NCBI GenBank assembly: GCA_938084645.1
Contig: CALKEP010000014.1
Location: forward strand, 1 to 37,931
Length of the DNA: 37,931 nucleotides
From: an uncultured Phycisphaerales bacterium
GTDB lineage: Bacteria > Planctomycetota > Phycisphaerae > Phycisphaerales > SM1A02
Direction: 5' to 3'
Positions within the stretch are counted from its first letter, which is position 1. The number at the start of each line of letters is the position of its first letter. The notes under the pieces were generated by a model that saw only the letters and a list, made by a program, of their open reading frames with translations, was not told the DNA's origin and searched no databases. The translations under genes were made by a program, and so were the position numbers. Below, piece by piece: positions 35,690 through 37,931 of the stretch.

Positions 35690-37366
35690 ATGACCCATGA
35701 TCCCAGTCTTGCGGCCCCCGGACAGCCCGGTGGTCTCGCCACTCCGCAGGATCTCGTCGATCTCGACGCCCTGATCGCCGCGTATCACGATCGACGCCCC
35801 GATCCGGACACCACCGCGGAGCAGGTCGCGTTCGGCACCAGTGGACACCGGGGGTCCTCGCTCGACACCACCTTCAACGATGATCACATCGCCGCCATCA
35901 CGCAGGCGATCGTGGAGTTCCGGTCCGAGCAAGGCATCGGTGGGCCCGTCCTGCTCGGCAAGGACACCCATGCCCTGAGCGGTCCCGCGGAACGAACCGC
36001 GGTCGAGGTCCTTTCGGCCAACGGCGTGCCGGTCCGGATCCAGAGCGGCGAGGGCGTCACCGCGACCCCGGTCATCTCGCGAGCGATCCTCGCGTGGAAC
36101 CAGTCGAAGACGGACGAGGACACCGGTCGTGCCGACGGCATCATCATCACGCCGAGCCACAATCCCCCCCGGGACGGTGGGTTCAAGTACAACCCGCCCG
36201 ACGGCGGCCCCGCCGGCGGCGACATCACCGGCTGGGTGGAACGTCGCGCCAACGAGATCCTCGAATCGGGACTCGATGCGGTGAAACGGACCTCGAGCGG
36301 AGATCGTCCGCTCGCCACCCTCGATCGCGTCGAGGCGGTCGACTTCATCCGACCGTACGTCGAAGCCCTCGCGGACGTGATCGATCTCGACGCGATCCGA
36401 AACGCCGGACTCGCGCTCGCGACGCATCCGCTCGGGGGCGCTTCATTCCCCGTCTGGCCGGTGCTCGCCGAGATCCACGACATCGACGTGACGATCGTCG
36501 ACGACACCGTCGATCCACGTTTCGCCTTCATGACCCTCGACCGGGACGGTCTGATCCGCATGGACTGCTCCAGTCCGCACGCGATGGCGCCGCTCGTCGC
36601 CCGAATGTCCGGCGGCGAGTACGACCTTGCCTTCGGCAACGACCCCGACAGCGACCGCCACGGGATCGTGTGCCGCTCCAACGGGCTGATGAACCCGAAC
36701 CGTTTTCTCGCCGTCTCGATCCGACACCTCCTTGCGACGCGATCCGGCTGGAATCCCTCGAGCCGGATCGGCAAGACGCTGGTCTCGAGCATCCTGATCG
36801 ACCGCGTGGTCGCGGACGCGGGTCGGGGGCTGTGCGAGGTGCCGGTGGGTTTCAAGTGGTTCGCCCCGGGCCTGTTCGACGGTTCGATCTGCTTCGGCGG
36901 CGAGGAGAGCGCCGGCGCGTCGTTCCTCACCCGCGACGGAAGCCCGTGGACGACCGACAAGGATGGCATCGTGATGGACCTGCTGGCCGCCGAGATCCTC
37001 GCGACCACCGGACGTGATCCCGGGGAACACGAGGCGGAGATCGTCGCACGATTCGGCGATTCGACCTATCGACGGATCTCCGCTCCTGCCGATGCGGCGA
37101 CCCGATCCGCCCTGAAGAAGCTCGATGCGTCGGTGGTCACCGCGACCGAACTCGCCGGTGATCCGATCTCGGCGATCCTGACCCGGGCGCCTGGAAACGA
37201 TGCTGCGATCGGCGGTCTCAAGGTCACGACCGAGCACGGCTGGTTCGCGGCCCGCCCTTCCGGTACGGAGCCGATCTCGAAGATCTACGCGGAGAGCCTC
37301 AAGGGAGCCGATCACGTGGAGCGGATCCTCGACGAGGCCCAGGCGATCGTGGCCGCCGCGACGTGA
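35690..37366 (+). CDS. pgm: phosphoglucomutase (alpha-D-glucose-1,6-bisphosphate-dependent)
   Basis: FGTSGHRGSS, ITPSHNPP (catalytic Ser), NDPDSDRHG (metal loop), GEESAG, RPSGTE. Start is 35690 or 35681. Confidence 0.96.
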   Translation: MTHDPSLAAPGQPGGLATPQDLVDLDALIAAYHDRRPDPDTTAEQVAFGTSGHRGSSLDTTFNDDHIAAITQAIVEFRSEQGIGGPVLLGKDTHALSGPAERTAVEVLSANGVPVRIQSGEGVTATPVISRAILAWNQSKTDEDTGRADGIIITPSHNPPRDGGFKYNPPDGGPAGGDITGWVERRANEILESGLDAVKRTSSGDRPLATLDRVEAVDFIRPYVEALADVIDLDAIRNAGLALATHPLGGASFPVWPVLAEIHDIDVTIVDDTVDPRFAFMTLDRDGLIRMDCSSPHAMAPLVARMSGGEYDLAFGNDPDSDRHGIVCRSNGLMNPNRFLAVSIRHLLATRSGWNPSSRIGKTLVSSILIDRVVADAGRGLCEVPVGFKWFAPGLFDGSICFGGEESAGASFLTRDGSPWTTDKDGIVMDLLAAEILATTGRDPGEHEAEIVARFGDSTYRRISAPADAATRSALKKLDASVVTATELAGDPISAILTRAPGNDAAIGGLKVTTEHGWFAARPSGTEPISKIYAESLKGADHVERILDEAQAIVAAAT

Positions 37367-37526
37367 TTCGTGCCGACGATCCCACCCGGGACCGATCCCC
37401 GATTGCGGCATTCGACGCAAGAATCTGACCGAGTTCGACGTTCACATTCCAATCCGCCGCCGAGACCGGCTGCCATCAACCGGCGCTCTGCATTTCCCAA
37501 TCCCCGACCCGTCTCTGGAGCCCCCG

Positions 37527-37931
37527 ATGCCCATCCGCACCCTCGCCACCATCGGCTTGTTCACCCTCCTGCTCTCAAGCCCTGCACTGGCCCAGAACAG
37601 CGAAGGCGACCGACCCGGCCGGAATGGTGACGCCGCCGGCCAGCAGGCCCCGGGCCAGAGCCCGCGTGGAGAACGTCCCGGTGCGAACCGCGGAGGCCGT
37701 GGCGGAAATCCCGAGATGATCGCCGATCGCATGATGCGCGCGGACGCGGATCAGGACGGACGGATCTCGACGGAGGAAGCCGCGAACGGCAACGGCAGCG
37801 GACGATTCTTCACACAGGCCGATGCCGATGGTGATGGCTACGTCACCCGGGTCGAGATCATCGCCTTCGTGGAGAGCAGAGCCGGCAATCGCCCGACGGG
37901 CAATCGGCCGACGGGCCGCAGCGACGAGATG
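37527..37931 (+). CDS. secreted EF-hand domain protein (3' truncated by the window end)
   Basis: Absent from the ORF track because no stop is reached. Manual translation MPIRTLATIGLFTLLLSSPALA-Q..., with EF-hand loops DADQDGRISTEE and DADGDGYVTRVE. GGAG SD at 37517-37520. Confidence 0.82.
   Translation, partial: MPIRTLATIGLFTLLLSSPALAQNSEGDRPGRNGDAAGQQAPGQSPRGERPGANRGGRGGNPEMIADRMMRADADQDGRISTEEAANGNGSGRFFTQADADGDGYVTRVEIIAFVESRAGNRPTGNRPTGRSDEM

Overview
High-GC chromosomal segment of mostly core and housekeeping genes. It is most likely from a member of the Planctomycetota (probably Phycisphaerae), inferred from the short 5S rRNA, the 23S-5S unit with no 16S gene, and the long PilM fusion. 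In order: mdh; a YcaQ/AlkZ-family DNA glycosylase; a tandem crcB/fluC pair; a CNT nucleoside transporter; nitroreductase; Nudix hydrolase; FG-GAP repeat protein; a stand-alone tRNA-Ile(GAU); two CNNM/DUF21 genes with an hscB-like gene; an RRM RNA-binding protein; a 23S-5S rRNA operon with its own promoter and boxA; a pilM(-pilN) fusion plus two uncharacterised membrane-anchored proteins; an S1-domain protein; a D-2-hydroxyacid dehydrogenase; several hypotheticals; an M20 dipeptidase; a 900-aa membrane protein/ABC ATPase/nadK unit; serS; an EEP phosphoesterase; pgm; and a truncated secreted EF-hand protein. I saw no mobile elements, CRISPR arrays or defence systems. The most notable signals are: (1) a recurrent TANNNT-N6/7-ATG arrangement that suggests frequent leaderless mRNAs, (2) the dismantled rRNA operon with a long branched processing stem around a compact 23S, and (3) the non-canonical pilM operon. 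I cannot support a claim of a wholly new system from the sequence alone.
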